A DNA stretch of 64,000 bases from positions 7,014 to 71,013 of the forward strand of contig CAZSVM010000013.1 of the NCBI GenBank assembly GCA_964610315.1. Direction: 5' to 3'. The notes under the pieces are model-generated. The model did not search any database and had not been told where the DNA came from. It saw only the letters and a program-made list of their open reading frames with translations. A program made the translations under genes and the position numbers. This DNA comes from an uncultured Actinomycetota bacterium (GTDB lineage: Bacteria; Actinomycetota; Humimicrobiia; Humimicrobiales; Humimicrobiaceae). Positions 9,462 to 18,484 of this stretch are shown piece after piece (position 1 is the stretch's first letter; every line of letters starts with the position of its first letter).

Positions 9462-9692
9462 TTAGAAAGAAAGGCCTCTTCTTCTGGCAGCTGCGGCAAG
9501 TTTGGCGATGGGTTTCCCTGCTGCCGCACGGGAACGAATAAGTGACAACAGCTCCCTATCTGACAATCTATTAGTTTGTTCACAATTAAGTGCATGCAAT
9601 AAAGAATTGGTAGTACCGGTATAACCTCTGGCTTCCAGTTCTTTTATGCGTTTCCTCAGTTCCTTATCAGACAGATGTGAATATAATGACAT
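9462..9692 (-). CDS. small basic protein with two Rho_N/SAP-like LSD(K/R)EL motifs and Ala/Arg-rich tail
   Basis: 76-aa ORF. Locally GC-rich DNA in an AT-rich context. No canonical domain assignable from sequence alone. Confidence 0.35.
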   Translation of the reverse strand: MSLYSHLSDKELRKRIKELEARGYTGTTNSLLHALNCEQTNRLSDRELLSLIRSRAAAGKPIAKLAAAARRRGLSF

Positions 9693-9709
9693 ATTATCTT
9701 CTTAAAAAA

Positions 9710-12106
9710 TTAATCAAATTTAAATCCCTGCCGGATAACAATTTTGACGCAGGTATCCACTACTCCAGGGTCATATAATTTACCCTTGTTTTCTTTTATT
9801 TCATCAATTGCTTTTTTTAAGCCAAGAGCAGGACGGTAGGGTCTGTATGAGGACATGGCTTCCACTATATCGGCCACTGTCAATATTTTAGCTTCCAGCA
9901 TTATATCTTTTCCTTTCAAACCCCTGGGATATCCCGAACCATCCAGTTTCTCGTGGTGCTGGAGTATAATTTCGGCAACAGGCGTCGGAAATTCTATTTC
10001 TTTAACCATCTCATATCCCACCTGGGGATGAGTTTTAATCAAATTATATTCTATATCGGTCAATCTTCCCGGCTTGGTTAAAATTGAAGCAGGTATATTT
10101 ATCTTTCCTATATCATGAATTTTTGCCGCCGTTTCTATACATTCAATCATTTCCTGGCTAAGATTAAGTTCTTTTGAAATAGCCACTGCCAGTTTGGTAA
10201 CTCTTTTTTGGTGGCCGGAAGTATAAGGATCCCTGGTTTCCACTATTGCCGCCAGCGCATTTATGGTACCCTGCAGGGTTTTCTGTAGTTTATTATAACT
10301 TTCTTTTAAATCATTCTCCATCAATTTACGGTCAGTTACGTCAAACCAGGTTATTATCCGGTATGTCAATTTTTTATTACTGAATACCAATTTGGAATTA
10401 ACTTCAACCCAGAATTCCTCTCCCATTTTATCAATAAAAAGATACTCGAGGTTGCTGCGACTCTCGTTTAAGCCGTTATCGAACTCCTTCTTATATCTCC
10501 TCCTCAACTTCTCAGGCCACCAGGGATAAGGCGGTTTCTTACCCAGAATCTCATTCGATTTCAATCCTACCCGGCTTTCCAATGCCGAGTTTACATATTT
10601 TATGGAGGAATCCGCATCGATTACCAGAATAGGATTGGGAGAATTTTCCATCAGGCTGGAACTAAACTTTTCACTATCCCTCAAAGATTCTTCTGCCTGT
10701 TTTTGCCTGGTCAGATCATCATAAACGGCTACTATCTCTCCTGAAGGCAGTTTATAAATATAATTACGCCTCCAGCCTGAAATTCTACTATCTTTATAAA
10801 AAGCAATGGGATATTTCTCAGGTTTACCTGTCTGGTATACTCTTTTAAAAACATCAAAAATGCCGAAATTTTTTACTCCCGGAAAAATCTTTAAAACACT
10901 TTTTCCGATAATGGCTTCTCTTTTAACTTTTTCTATTCTTTCTGCCGCCTTATTAAAATCTCTTATTATAAAGTCACTCCCATTATCTACGGCTTCATAT
11001 ACGGCTACACCACTGCTCATATTATCAAAAAGCTCTTTAAATCTATTTTCGTTTGTTTTTACTTCCTCGAAAGCTTTTTTTTGTAAGGTGATATCTTTAA
11101 AACATTCAATGATTCCAATTATTTCTCCCTTTTTGTTCCTGATAGGACTTGAATTCAAAATACAGAGAATTTTTTTACCGTATATATTTTCTCTTGGCAC
11201 TTCAGCATCAATAATTTTTTCACCACCGATAGTCCTTCTAAGTATGCAGTTTTTGGTATGACAATCAGATCCATAAAATACCTCAAAACACTTCCTGCCC
11301 ACAATTTTATCTCTGCTCAGACCAAATAAATCAGTAAATGCTTTATTTATTTTCATAATAATATAATCTATGCTTATAATTCTCATCGCATCCACCGAAA
11401 CATTAAAGACCTGATCCAGTTCTTCATATGCATCTTTTAGGGTATCTTCTATTTTCTTTCTTTTTATGGCTGCAACCAATTGTTCCGAAATAATATTGAT
11501 TCTTTCCAAATCGAAGGCAGTGAAAGGTTTCCGCCCAGATATATCCATTAATCCTATAACATCACCGTTTGAAATGAGAGGGACAACCATAATTGATTTT
11601 ATATTCAGAATTTTATAAATTTGCGGTATAAATTTTATAATGGTGTTTTTTAATAATTTTTTCTCTTTAGGTAAAACCCCCACAAATTCCATAATTAATT
11701 TTTCTATTTCGACAGCATCATTTATAATGACCGGCTTTTTTTCTTTAAGTATTTTAAAATAGCAACTTAATTCCTTTATTGGAATTTTTACTTCCGGTAC
11801 TTTGATTTTTATTAATTGCTCGATTTTCTTTCTCTGAGCTGCGGACAGATTAAGTCCCTGCATTATAAGGTATTTTCCATCATCGCTGAGTAAATACACT
11901 GCTATACCCGAACCTGAAAACAATTTTTTGGTTTTTACGGATATAAGCTTGATTATTTTTTCCAGACTCTCACCGCGATTTACGGCAACGTTTACGGAAT
12001 TTACCAGTTCCAGATCTTCCAGTTTCTGCAGCATTTCATCCGTATTCAATATTTTTCCACTTTTTCTTTTCTGGGAATCTTTTACCGGTTTCATTTCCTT
12101 TCTCAT
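9710..12106 (-). CDS. multi-sensor (GAF + PAS) HD-GYP domain c-di-GMP phosphodiesterase
   Basis: C-terminal HDIGKI...HHEKLDGSGYP (HD-GYP). GAF-like and two PAS-like regions lie upstream in the 798-aa protein. Confidence 0.8.
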   Translation of the reverse strand: MRKEMKPVKDSQKRKSGKILNTDEMLQKLEDLELVNSVNVAVNRGESLEKIIKLISVKTKKLFSGSGIAVYLLSDDGKYLIMQGLNLSAAQRKKIEQLIKIKVPEVKIPIKELSCYFKILKEKKPVIINDAVEIEKLIMEFVGVLPKEKKLLKNTIIKFIPQIYKILNIKSIMVVPLISNGDVIGLMDISGRKPFTAFDLERINIISEQLVAAIKRKKIEDTLKDAYEELDQVFNVSVDAMRIISIDYIIMKINKAFTDLFGLSRDKIVGRKCFEVFYGSDCHTKNCILRRTIGGEKIIDAEVPRENIYGKKILCILNSSPIRNKKGEIIGIIECFKDITLQKKAFEEVKTNENRFKELFDNMSSGVAVYEAVDNGSDFIIRDFNKAAERIEKVKREAIIGKSVLKIFPGVKNFGIFDVFKRVYQTGKPEKYPIAFYKDSRISGWRRNYIYKLPSGEIVAVYDDLTRQKQAEESLRDSEKFSSSLMENSPNPILVIDADSSIKYVNSALESRVGLKSNEILGKKPPYPWWPEKLRRRYKKEFDNGLNESRSNLEYLFIDKMGEEFWVEVNSKLVFSNKKLTYRIITWFDVTDRKLMENDLKESYNKLQKTLQGTINALAAIVETRDPYTSGHQKRVTKLAVAISKELNLSQEMIECIETAAKIHDIGKINIPASILTKPGRLTDIEYNLIKTHPQVGYEMVKEIEFPTPVAEIILQHHEKLDGSGYPRGLKGKDIMLEAKILTVADIVEAMSSYRPYRPALGLKKAIDEIKENKGKLYDPGVVDTCVKIVIRQGFKFD

Positions 12107-12244
12107 TTAATTAGTAAATAATTATTTGAATCAGGAATTAACCTGTCATATTAAAAAAATACTATACACTACATGGTTGCATTATATTATATTATATTTT
12201 TGTACTTTTTTACGTCAATTGTTATATCTTTTTTATTCAATTTA

Positions 12245-12660
12245 TTAGAAGGCATTTTCTATATGCTCAATTTTTATATCTCCATTATCTTTTAAAACAT
12301 CTGGTCGGATTATTTTTAAAAAAGAATTTTTATCTTTCAACGCTTCTTTGACCAAACTGCTGCTTATGGTTATGGATATAACATTAAAATGGGGGTCGAA
12401 TGTTAAAAGCTTATTCCTGGTTATATATAAACCGGCGATTTTCCTTATTCTGATAATTTTTGATTTATTAACGGCTTCCAGCGGATCCCCATATTCAAGA
12501 CTGGTTCTGGTCTTGACTTCTATAAAAAATAAATTTCTACCTTTTCTGGCTATTATATCTATCTCGCCGCATTTATTTCTATAATTTTTTTCTAATATAA
12601 GATACCCTTCTTTTTCCAGATGCCTGCAGGCAATTAATTCTCCCAGTTCACCTATAAATT
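12245..12660 (-). CDS. yraN: YraN/UPF0102 family endonuclease-like protein (missed by ORF track; no ATG/GTG/TTG start)
   Basis: Manual minus-strand translation gives KKFIGELGELIACRHLEKEGYLILEKNYRNKCGEIDIIARKG...FIEVKTR, the YraN signature. It lies immediately downstream of rnhB, as in many genomes. The frame opens only 11 codons upstream and contains only ATC/ATA as possible starts. Confidence 0.55.
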
Positions 12661-12675
12661 TTTTACTTAAGATTA

Positions 12676-13299
12676 CTAACTTAAAACACCCCTGTAAGAT
12701 ACTCTATGAATAATTGAAGGACCGTACTTTTGAAGTGACATTAAATGCTTTCTGGTGCCATAACCTTTGTTATGATCAAACCCATATTCCGGATAGTATC
12801 TGGAAAACTTAAGCATTATCTGATCTCTAATTACTTTCGCAATTATGGAAGCGGCAGCAATGGAAACACTGAGCTGGTCACCTTTAATAACCGGCAAACA
12901 TTTTACGCCTAAATTTACAGTAATAAAATCCGTCAAAGTAATATCCGGCTTTATTTTTAAACTGTTTATGGCCATTTTAAAGGCAATGGCATTTGCTTTG
13001 GTTATAGATAACCGATCAATTTCACCGGAAGGAATTTTTATTACGGACCAGCACAGACAATTTTTGATTATTTTTTTAAAGATGAATTTTCTTTTGAATT
13101 CGGTCAGTCTTTTACAATCATCTATGTCTTCTATCATCAATTTCTTTTTATCCAGAATAACAGCCGCCGCCACCAGAGGACCGGCAAGTGAACCCCTTCC
13201 CGACTCATCGACCCCGGCTATTTTTTCATAGCCTGATATATACAGTTCATTCTCATATCTACACAAGTTTAAAAGTCTTTTTGTTTCCCTAAATTCCAT
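12676..13299 (-). CDS. rnhB: ribonuclease HII
   Basis: GVDESGRGSLAGPLVAAAV active-site motif; 207 aa. Confidence 0.9.
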   Translation of the reverse strand: MEFRETKRLLNLCRYENELYISGYEKIAGVDESGRGSLAGPLVAAAVILDKKKLMIEDIDDCKRLTEFKRKFIFKKIIKNCLCWSVIKIPSGEIDRLSITKANAIAFKMAINSLKIKPDITLTDFITVNLGVKCLPVIKGDQLSVSIAAASIIAKVIRDQIMLKFSRYYPEYGFDHNKGYGTRKHLMSLQKYGPSIIHRVSYRGVLS

Positions 13300-13314
13300 T
13301 CTGCCATTAAAAAA

Positions 13315-13860
13315 TTACCATCTGGATGGAGGCCAATAAATTATGACAAATTTCCCAAAAATGTCATCTTCCGAAATTGTCCCAAAAAATCTGCTGTCAA
13401 AACTGTTATTCCGATTATCTCCCATTACAAAAACTTCATTTTCCCCAACAGCTATGGTCTGATTTATATAAGATATATTTTCATCTTTCGGCAAATAATT
13501 TTCAACAATTTTTTCACCGTTAATATAAATTTCACCTTCACTGGTCAAAGTAACTTCGTCTCCTTCTACGGCAATAACTCTCTTAACCAGATCCTTTTTT
13601 TCTATAGGTGAATGGAAGGCTACAATATCTCCTCTTTTAACCGGGCCGAATTTATAGGCGAGTTTATTGATTAAGACTTTATCTCCTACTTCTAATTTTG
13701 GCTCCATCGAAGGCGTGGGGACAATAAAAGGCTCCAGAATAAAGATTCTAATCAAAGTAGCCGATGTTACTGCAATCAACACGATAAAAGCATAAATTAG
13801 AAATTCTTTAAAAATCCTTCTTCTTTTGGTGGTAGCTACCTCTTTATTTTCTAAAGGCAT
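13315..13860 (-). CDS. lepB: signal peptidase I
   Basis: N-terminal transmembrane helix; SPase I boxes (PSMEP, GDN...SFDSR). Confidence 0.85.
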   Translation of the reverse strand: MPLENKEVATTKRRRIFKEFLIYAFIVLIAVTSATLIRIFILEPFIVPTPSMEPKLEVGDKVLINKLAYKFGPVKRGDIVAFHSPIEKKDLVKRVIAVEGDEVTLTSEGEIYINGEKIVENYLPKDENISYINQTIAVGENEVFVMGDNRNNSFDSRFFGTISEDDIFGKFVIIYWPPSRW

Positions 13861-13887
13861 TAATATAAAAAGATAAGTGATTATATT

Positions 13888-14229
13888 TTACTTAAACCTG
13901 ATTCTGGAATTTTTACCAATTTTATCTCTAAGATAATATAATTTGGCTCTTCTTACCAATCCTTCTCCAACCTTTTCCACAGATTGGATTATTGGTGAAT
14001 TAACAAGAAAGGTTCTTTCAACACCTATATTATTAAAAGAGATTTTTCTCACCGTAAATGTTTTATTTATTCCCGAACCTTTGACTCTAATGACAATCCC
14101 TTCAAAAACCTGAATTCTATCTTTATTCTCTTCACTGATTTTTATTTTAACTTTTATTTTGTCACCCGATTTGAATTCAGGTATATCCGTCCTTATATAT
14201 TTACTCTCAATTTTATCTAATTTATTCAC
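13888..14229 (-). CDS. rplS: 50S ribosomal protein L19
   Basis: FKSGDKIKV...VFEGIVI motif; 113 aa. Confidence 0.95.
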   Translation of the reverse strand: MNKLDKIESKYIRTDIPEFKSGDKIKVKIKISEENKDRIQVFEGIVIRVKGSGINKTFTVRKISFNNIGVERTFLVNSPIIQSVEKVGEGLVRRAKLYYLRDKIGKNSRIRFK

Positions 14230-14284
14230 TTCATTCTCCGGCTTATCTCTTTTATACTAATGAAACCAAACAAATATAATTAAT

Positions 14285-15001
14285 TTAACCTTCTTTGTCA
14301 AATAAATCCGGCCTTTTTATTCTGGTTATTCTTTCCGACTTTTCTTTTCTCCACTCCTTAATACTTTTATGATTTCCACTTAAAAGAATTTCAGGAACAG
14401 CCATTCCTTTAAAAACCGGAGGTCTTGTATATTGCGGATAATCAAGCAGGTTCTTCTCAAAAGATTCAACTTTTAAGGACTCTTCTTTTCCCACTACTCC
14501 AGGCAGTAATCTTATTACCCCATCAATTATAATCATTGCCGGAATCTCACCACCGGTTAATATGTAATCTCCTACGGAAATCTCGAAATCCACTAACAGA
14601 TCCACTATTCTCTGGTCTACACCCTCATATCTTCCGCAAATAAGTATTATATTTTCAAGTTTTGACATATATTTTAATTTATCCTGGTCCAGCTTATCTC
14701 CAGCCGGTGAAAGCAGTATTATCTTTTGCTTCTCCTTTTTTTTAATTTTATTCTTTTTTTTAATGAAGGTGACAGCATTATCTATTGGCTCCGGCATCAG
14801 TATCATACCGGGACCCCCTCCATAAGGTCTGTCATCAACCTGTTCATGCTTAAAACCGGAAAAATTCCTTAAATTATATATATTGAGCCGGCAGATATTT
14901 TTTTTGAAAGCTTCCTTTATAACTCCGAACTCCGTAATACTTTCAAACATGCCCGGAAAAATAGTAACTACATCTATTGTAAGCATTCTTGTTGTAAGCA
15001 T
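14285..15001 (-). CDS. trmD: tRNA (guanine37-N1)-methyltransferase
   Basis: TrmD fold motifs (IDVVTIFPGMF, GRYEGVDQR). Confidence 0.9.
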   Translation of the reverse strand: MLTTRMLTIDVVTIFPGMFESITEFGVIKEAFKKNICRLNIYNLRNFSGFKHEQVDDRPYGGGPGMILMPEPIDNAVTFIKKKNKIKKKEKQKIILLSPAGDKLDQDKLKYMSKLENIILICGRYEGVDQRIVDLLVDFEISVGDYILTGGEIPAMIIIDGVIRLLPGVVGKEESLKVESFEKNLLDYPQYTRPPVFKGMAVPEILLSGNHKSIKEWRKEKSERITRIKRPDLFDKEG

Positions 15002-15052
15002 CTTAAAATAAAAAATATAAAAATATAAAAGAAAATAATAATTTTAGAAATT

Positions 15053-15595
15053 CTATATATATTCCGGAATTCTTTTCAATATTATCTTTTTATCTTTAAG
15101 ATCTATATCATGGATGTAATCTTCAATAACCGGAATATAAAAAATATTATTTTTAACAGGCAGTATATTTAAGTTCTCGTTCTCTATTTTCACCACCAAA
15201 TTATCATTAGCGGCAAATTTTTCTATATCCACGACTGTTCCCACCGGAATATTGCTTTTAATGTAAACCATACAGCCTATTATATCATCCGTCCAAAATT
15301 GATTTTCTTTAAGTGAGGGGCTGTTTTTTATGCTCCGAAAAATATTGATGCTCTTTAGGCTCTCAGCACAATTTTTGCTATCTATGCCTTTAAATTTAAT
15401 TACCAAAAAGCTGGCATTCTCTTTTACTTTCAGGAGCTTAACATTCTCGACTTCCGCTTTTCTGGTACATTTTTCATCAAAAAAGAGTATATCTCCTATT
15501 TTAATAGTTTTGGGATAATCAGTAAGCAACATTACCACTACTTCTCCTTTTATTCCATGCGGCTTACTAATTATCCCAATTAATCTTGCATCCAC
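15053..15595 (-). CDS. rimM: 16S rRNA processing protein RimM
   Basis: RimM N-terminus (IGIISKPHGIKGEV) and PRC barrel; sits in the conserved rpsP-khpA-rimM-trmD-rplS order. Confidence 0.85.
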   Translation of the reverse strand: MDARLIGIISKPHGIKGEVVVMLLTDYPKTIKIGDILFFDEKCTRKAEVENVKLLKVKENASFLVIKFKGIDSKNCAESLKSINIFRSIKNSPSLKENQFWTDDIIGCMVYIKSNIPVGTVVDIEKFAANDNLVVKIENENLNILPVKNNIFYIPVIEDYIHDIDLKDKKIILKRIPEYI

Positions 15596-15662
15596 GTTTA
15601 ATTCTTACATTTACCGGTACTTATTTTAAATAAGTCTATCTATATTTATATATTATAAATTA

Positions 15663-15896
15663 TCAATCCATAATTTTTACAATAGAGGATTTACCCCTCT
15701 TAGCAGATGCAGCTCTCATTATAACCCTCAAAGCATTTGCGGTTCTTCCTTTTTTCCCGATTACTTTCCCCAGATCCTCTTCAGCTACTTTGAGCTTGAA
15801 AATTACTGTTTTATCATCTTCCTCCTCTTCTGTAATATCAACATTATCCGGGCTGTCAACCAGCTCTTTTACCATGTACTCTAGTAGTTCTTTCAC
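15663..15896 (-). CDS. khpA: KH-domain RNA-binding protein (YlqC/KhpA-like)
   Basis: 77 aa with KH motif VIGKKGRTANALR; conserved position after rpsP. Confidence 0.7.
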   Translation of the reverse strand: MKELLEYMVKELVDSPDNVDITEEEEDDKTVIFKLKVAEEDLGKVIGKKGRTANALRVIMRAASAKRGKSSIVKIMD

Positions 15897-15924
15897 TATT
15901 TACCTCCAGTTTAAATTGTAATAA

Positions 15925-16170
15925 CTACTTCTTTAAATCAATTTTATCAAAAAGTTTCTGAACCGTATCTGTAGGTTTTGCACCTTTCTTCATCCAATCA
16001 AGAGCCTTATCTTTATTAACCTCTATTTTGGATGGATCACTTTTAGGATCGTATATACCTATTTTTTCAATGAACCTCCCATCTCTAGGGGATCTGGTAT
16101 CTGCTACCACAATTCTGTAAAAGGGCTGCTTTTTCGAGCCCATCCTCGTCAACCTGATCTTTACGCTCAA
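15925..16170 (-). CDS. rpsP: 30S ribosomal protein S16
   Basis: [25 protein letters not shown]-terminus. Confidence 0.95.
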   Translation of the reverse strand: MSVKIRLTRMGSKKQPFYRIVVADTRSPRDGRFIEKIGIYDPKSDPSKIEVNKDKALDWMKKGAKPTDTVQKLFDKIDLKK

Positions 16171-16256
16171 TCCATAACCTCCAAATATTCATATAGATAG
16201 CTTTATGCTCTCATAATTATATATTTTTCTATAAAACTTGCAAAATATTTTTTTAA

Positions 16257-17585
16257 CTAAAAATTACTAAAAGGTAAATTAAACTTCCCCTTTAATCCCG
16301 AAAACTGCTTTAACATTTGTTTTGTTTTGCTAAATTGTTTTAACAGTTTATTAACCTCCGACACCGAACAACCGCATCCTCTTGCTATCCTTTTTTTTCT
16401 GCTGCCGTTTATTATATGCGGTTTTCTTCTCTCTTCCACTGTCATAGAATTGATTATAGCCTCTATCCGGGTAAGATAAGAGTCATCTAAATTTACTTTT
16501 TTAAATATCTTATTTTTATTGGTAATGGGCATCATAGAAAATATTTTATCCAGGGATCCTATTTTCTTTATGCTCTTAAGCTGACTAACGAAATCTTCGA
16601 AATTCAACTCATTTCTGTAAATCTTTTCTTCAATTTTTTTTGCCTCTTTTTCACTTACTACTTTCTCCGTTTTTTCAACCAGAGTCAGGATGTCTCCCAT
16701 ACCCAGTATCCTAGAAGCTATCCTTTCAGGATAAAAAATATCAAAATCCTCGATTTTTTCTCCATTGGATATGAACTTTACCGGTTTTTTTACTATATAA
16801 TAGACCGATAGTGCTGCGCCTCCTCTGGTATCACTATCCAGCTTGGTTAGAATTATCCCATCAAATTCAACCTTCTGGTTGAAACCATAAGCGATATTTA
16901 CAGCCTCCTGACCGGTCATGGCATCCAGAACCAGGTATATCCAGTGGGGATTAACTTTCTTTCTTATATTAACGATTTCGTTCATCATATCCTGGTTAAC
17001 CTGCAATCTGCCGGCAGTATCGATTATAATCACGTCACTTCCGGCTTTCTTGAATAATTCCACTCCTCTTACCGATATTTTTACCGGATCTGAATTACTC
17101 TCGGAAAATACTTCTATATCAATGCTCTTTGCCATGTCCTCAAGCTGAAGCACTGCAGCCGGCCGGTATACATCTGCAGCAACGATAGAAACTTTTTTCT
17201 GAAACCTGGTTTTTATAAAATTAGCCAGTTTTATAACCGAAGAAGTTTTTCCAGAGCCCTGCAGTCCTACCATCATAATAATTGTGGGACCCCCCGAGGT
17301 AAAATTAATACCGCCGCTGCCCGAACCAAGCATTTTAACGATTTCTTCATTTACTATCTTTATTATCTGCTGATAGGGAGTTAAACTTTCCAGTACTTTT
17401 TCACCAGTTGCTTTTACTCTGACATTTTCTAGAAATTCCTTGACTACTTTAAAATTTACATCAGCTTCCAGTAAAGCAAGCTTAATCTCCCTTAAGGCAA
17501 CATCCATATCACCGGGGCTTAATTTACCCTTGTTTCTTATTTTATAGAATAAATCCTCGAATTTAGCGGTTAAGTTATCAAACAT
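16257..17585 (-). CDS. ffh: signal recognition particle protein Ffh
   Basis: N-terminal and GTPase domains (GLQGSGKTS, DTAGR, TKLD) plus the methionine-rich domain. Confidence 0.95.
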   Translation of the reverse strand: MFDNLTAKFEDLFYKIRNKGKLSPGDMDVALREIKLALLEADVNFKVVKEFLENVRVKATGEKVLESLTPYQQIIKIVNEEIVKMLGSGSGGINFTSGGPTIIMMVGLQGSGKTSSVIKLANFIKTRFQKKVSIVAADVYRPAAVLQLEDMAKSIDIEVFSESNSDPVKISVRGVELFKKAGSDVIIIDTAGRLQVNQDMMNEIVNIRKKVNPHWIYLVLDAMTGQEAVNIAYGFNQKVEFDGIILTKLDSDTRGGAALSVYYIVKKPVKFISNGEKIEDFDIFYPERIASRILGMGDILTLVEKTEKVVSEKEAKKIEEKIYRNELNFEDFVSQLKSIKKIGSLDKIFSMMPITNKNKIFKKVNLDDSYLTRIEAIINSMTVEERRKPHIINGSRKKRIARGCGCSVSEVNKLLKQFSKTKQMLKQFSGLKGKFNLPFSNF

Positions 17586-17611
17586 TTAAAAACCTGCCTT
17601 CAAAATTTTAA

Positions 17612-18484
17612 TCAAGAAAATAACAAGTCAGTAAACTTTACCGGATCAAAATAATATATATTCTCCAATCTTTCACCGTCGGTAACTATCTTTACCGGTA
17701 TATTAAGGTCATTCTTTATGGTAAGTACTATTCCCCCTTTTGAAGTACTGTCGGTTTTAGTGAGAATTATTCCGGTCAGGCCCAATGAATTATTAAATAA
17801 TTCCGCCTGATTCTTTGCATTCTGACCGGTGGTAGAGTCCACAACCAACAATATCTCGTCAACATCCCGGTTAATCTTTCTATTTATCACTTTTTTTATC
17901 TTTTTCAGTTCCTCCATAAGATTATAAGAAGTCTGCATTCTCCCGGCAGTATCGATTATAATCAGATCGATCCCCCTTGCCATTGCTTTTTCCAGACTAT
18001 CATATACTACTGCACCTGGATCGGAGAATTTCTGATGATAAACCATATCCAATTTCAATTTCTGTGCATAATGCTGTATCTGTTCCACGGCAGCTGCTCG
18101 ATAGGTATCAGCAGCCGATATTAATACCTTCTTCCCATTTTTCTTAAACAAATTAGCCAGCTTGGCTACAGAAGTGGTTTTTCCTGACCCGTTTACCCCT
18201 ACTATTAAAAATACCGTAGGCGGTGCGGACGATATATTTAATTCATTATTTTTATTGATTTCAAGAATTTCAATAATCTGATCCTTTATTAAGGATTTTA
18301 TTTTTTCCGGATCATTTATGTTTTCACTGTAGGCACACTTTTTAACTTCATCCAATATTCTGACCACCGTATTGATACTTATATCACTGGCCACCATCTG
18401 CTCCTCAAGCTCATCCCAGAATAATTTGCGGTTATTTTTAAATTTATTCCATATATAATTCAGATTCTTAATTAATTTCTGCAT
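17612..18484 (-). CDS. ftsY: SRP receptor FtsY (short form, N-terminal + GTPase domains only)
   Basis: GVNGSGKTT, DTAGR, TKTD motifs; 290 aa with no acidic A domain. Confidence 0.9.
   Translation of the reverse strand: MQKLIKNLNYIWNKFKNNRKLFWDELEEQMVASDISINTVVRILDEVKKCAYSENINDPEKIKSLIKDQIIEILEINKNNELNISSAPPTVFLIVGVNGSGKTTSVAKLANLFKKNGKKVLISAADTYRAAAVEQIQHYAQKLKLDMVYHQKFSDPGAVVYDSLEKAMARGIDLIIIDTAGRMQTSYNLMEELKKIKKVINRKINRDVDEILLVVDSTTGQNAKNQAELFNNSLGLTGIILTKTDSTSKGGIVLTIKNDLNIPVKIVTDGERLENIYYFDPVKFTDLLFS

Noticed and set aside
9462-9692. GC-rich island considered as a structured ncRNA
   Set aside because: A clean 76-codon ORF with an Ala/Arg-rich tail explains the GC content. No convincing extended helices were seen.
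12348-12584. 78-aa plus-strand ORF in the rnhB-downstream gap
   Set aside because: The minus strand here encodes a clear YraN-family protein. The plus ORF is its antisense shadow.
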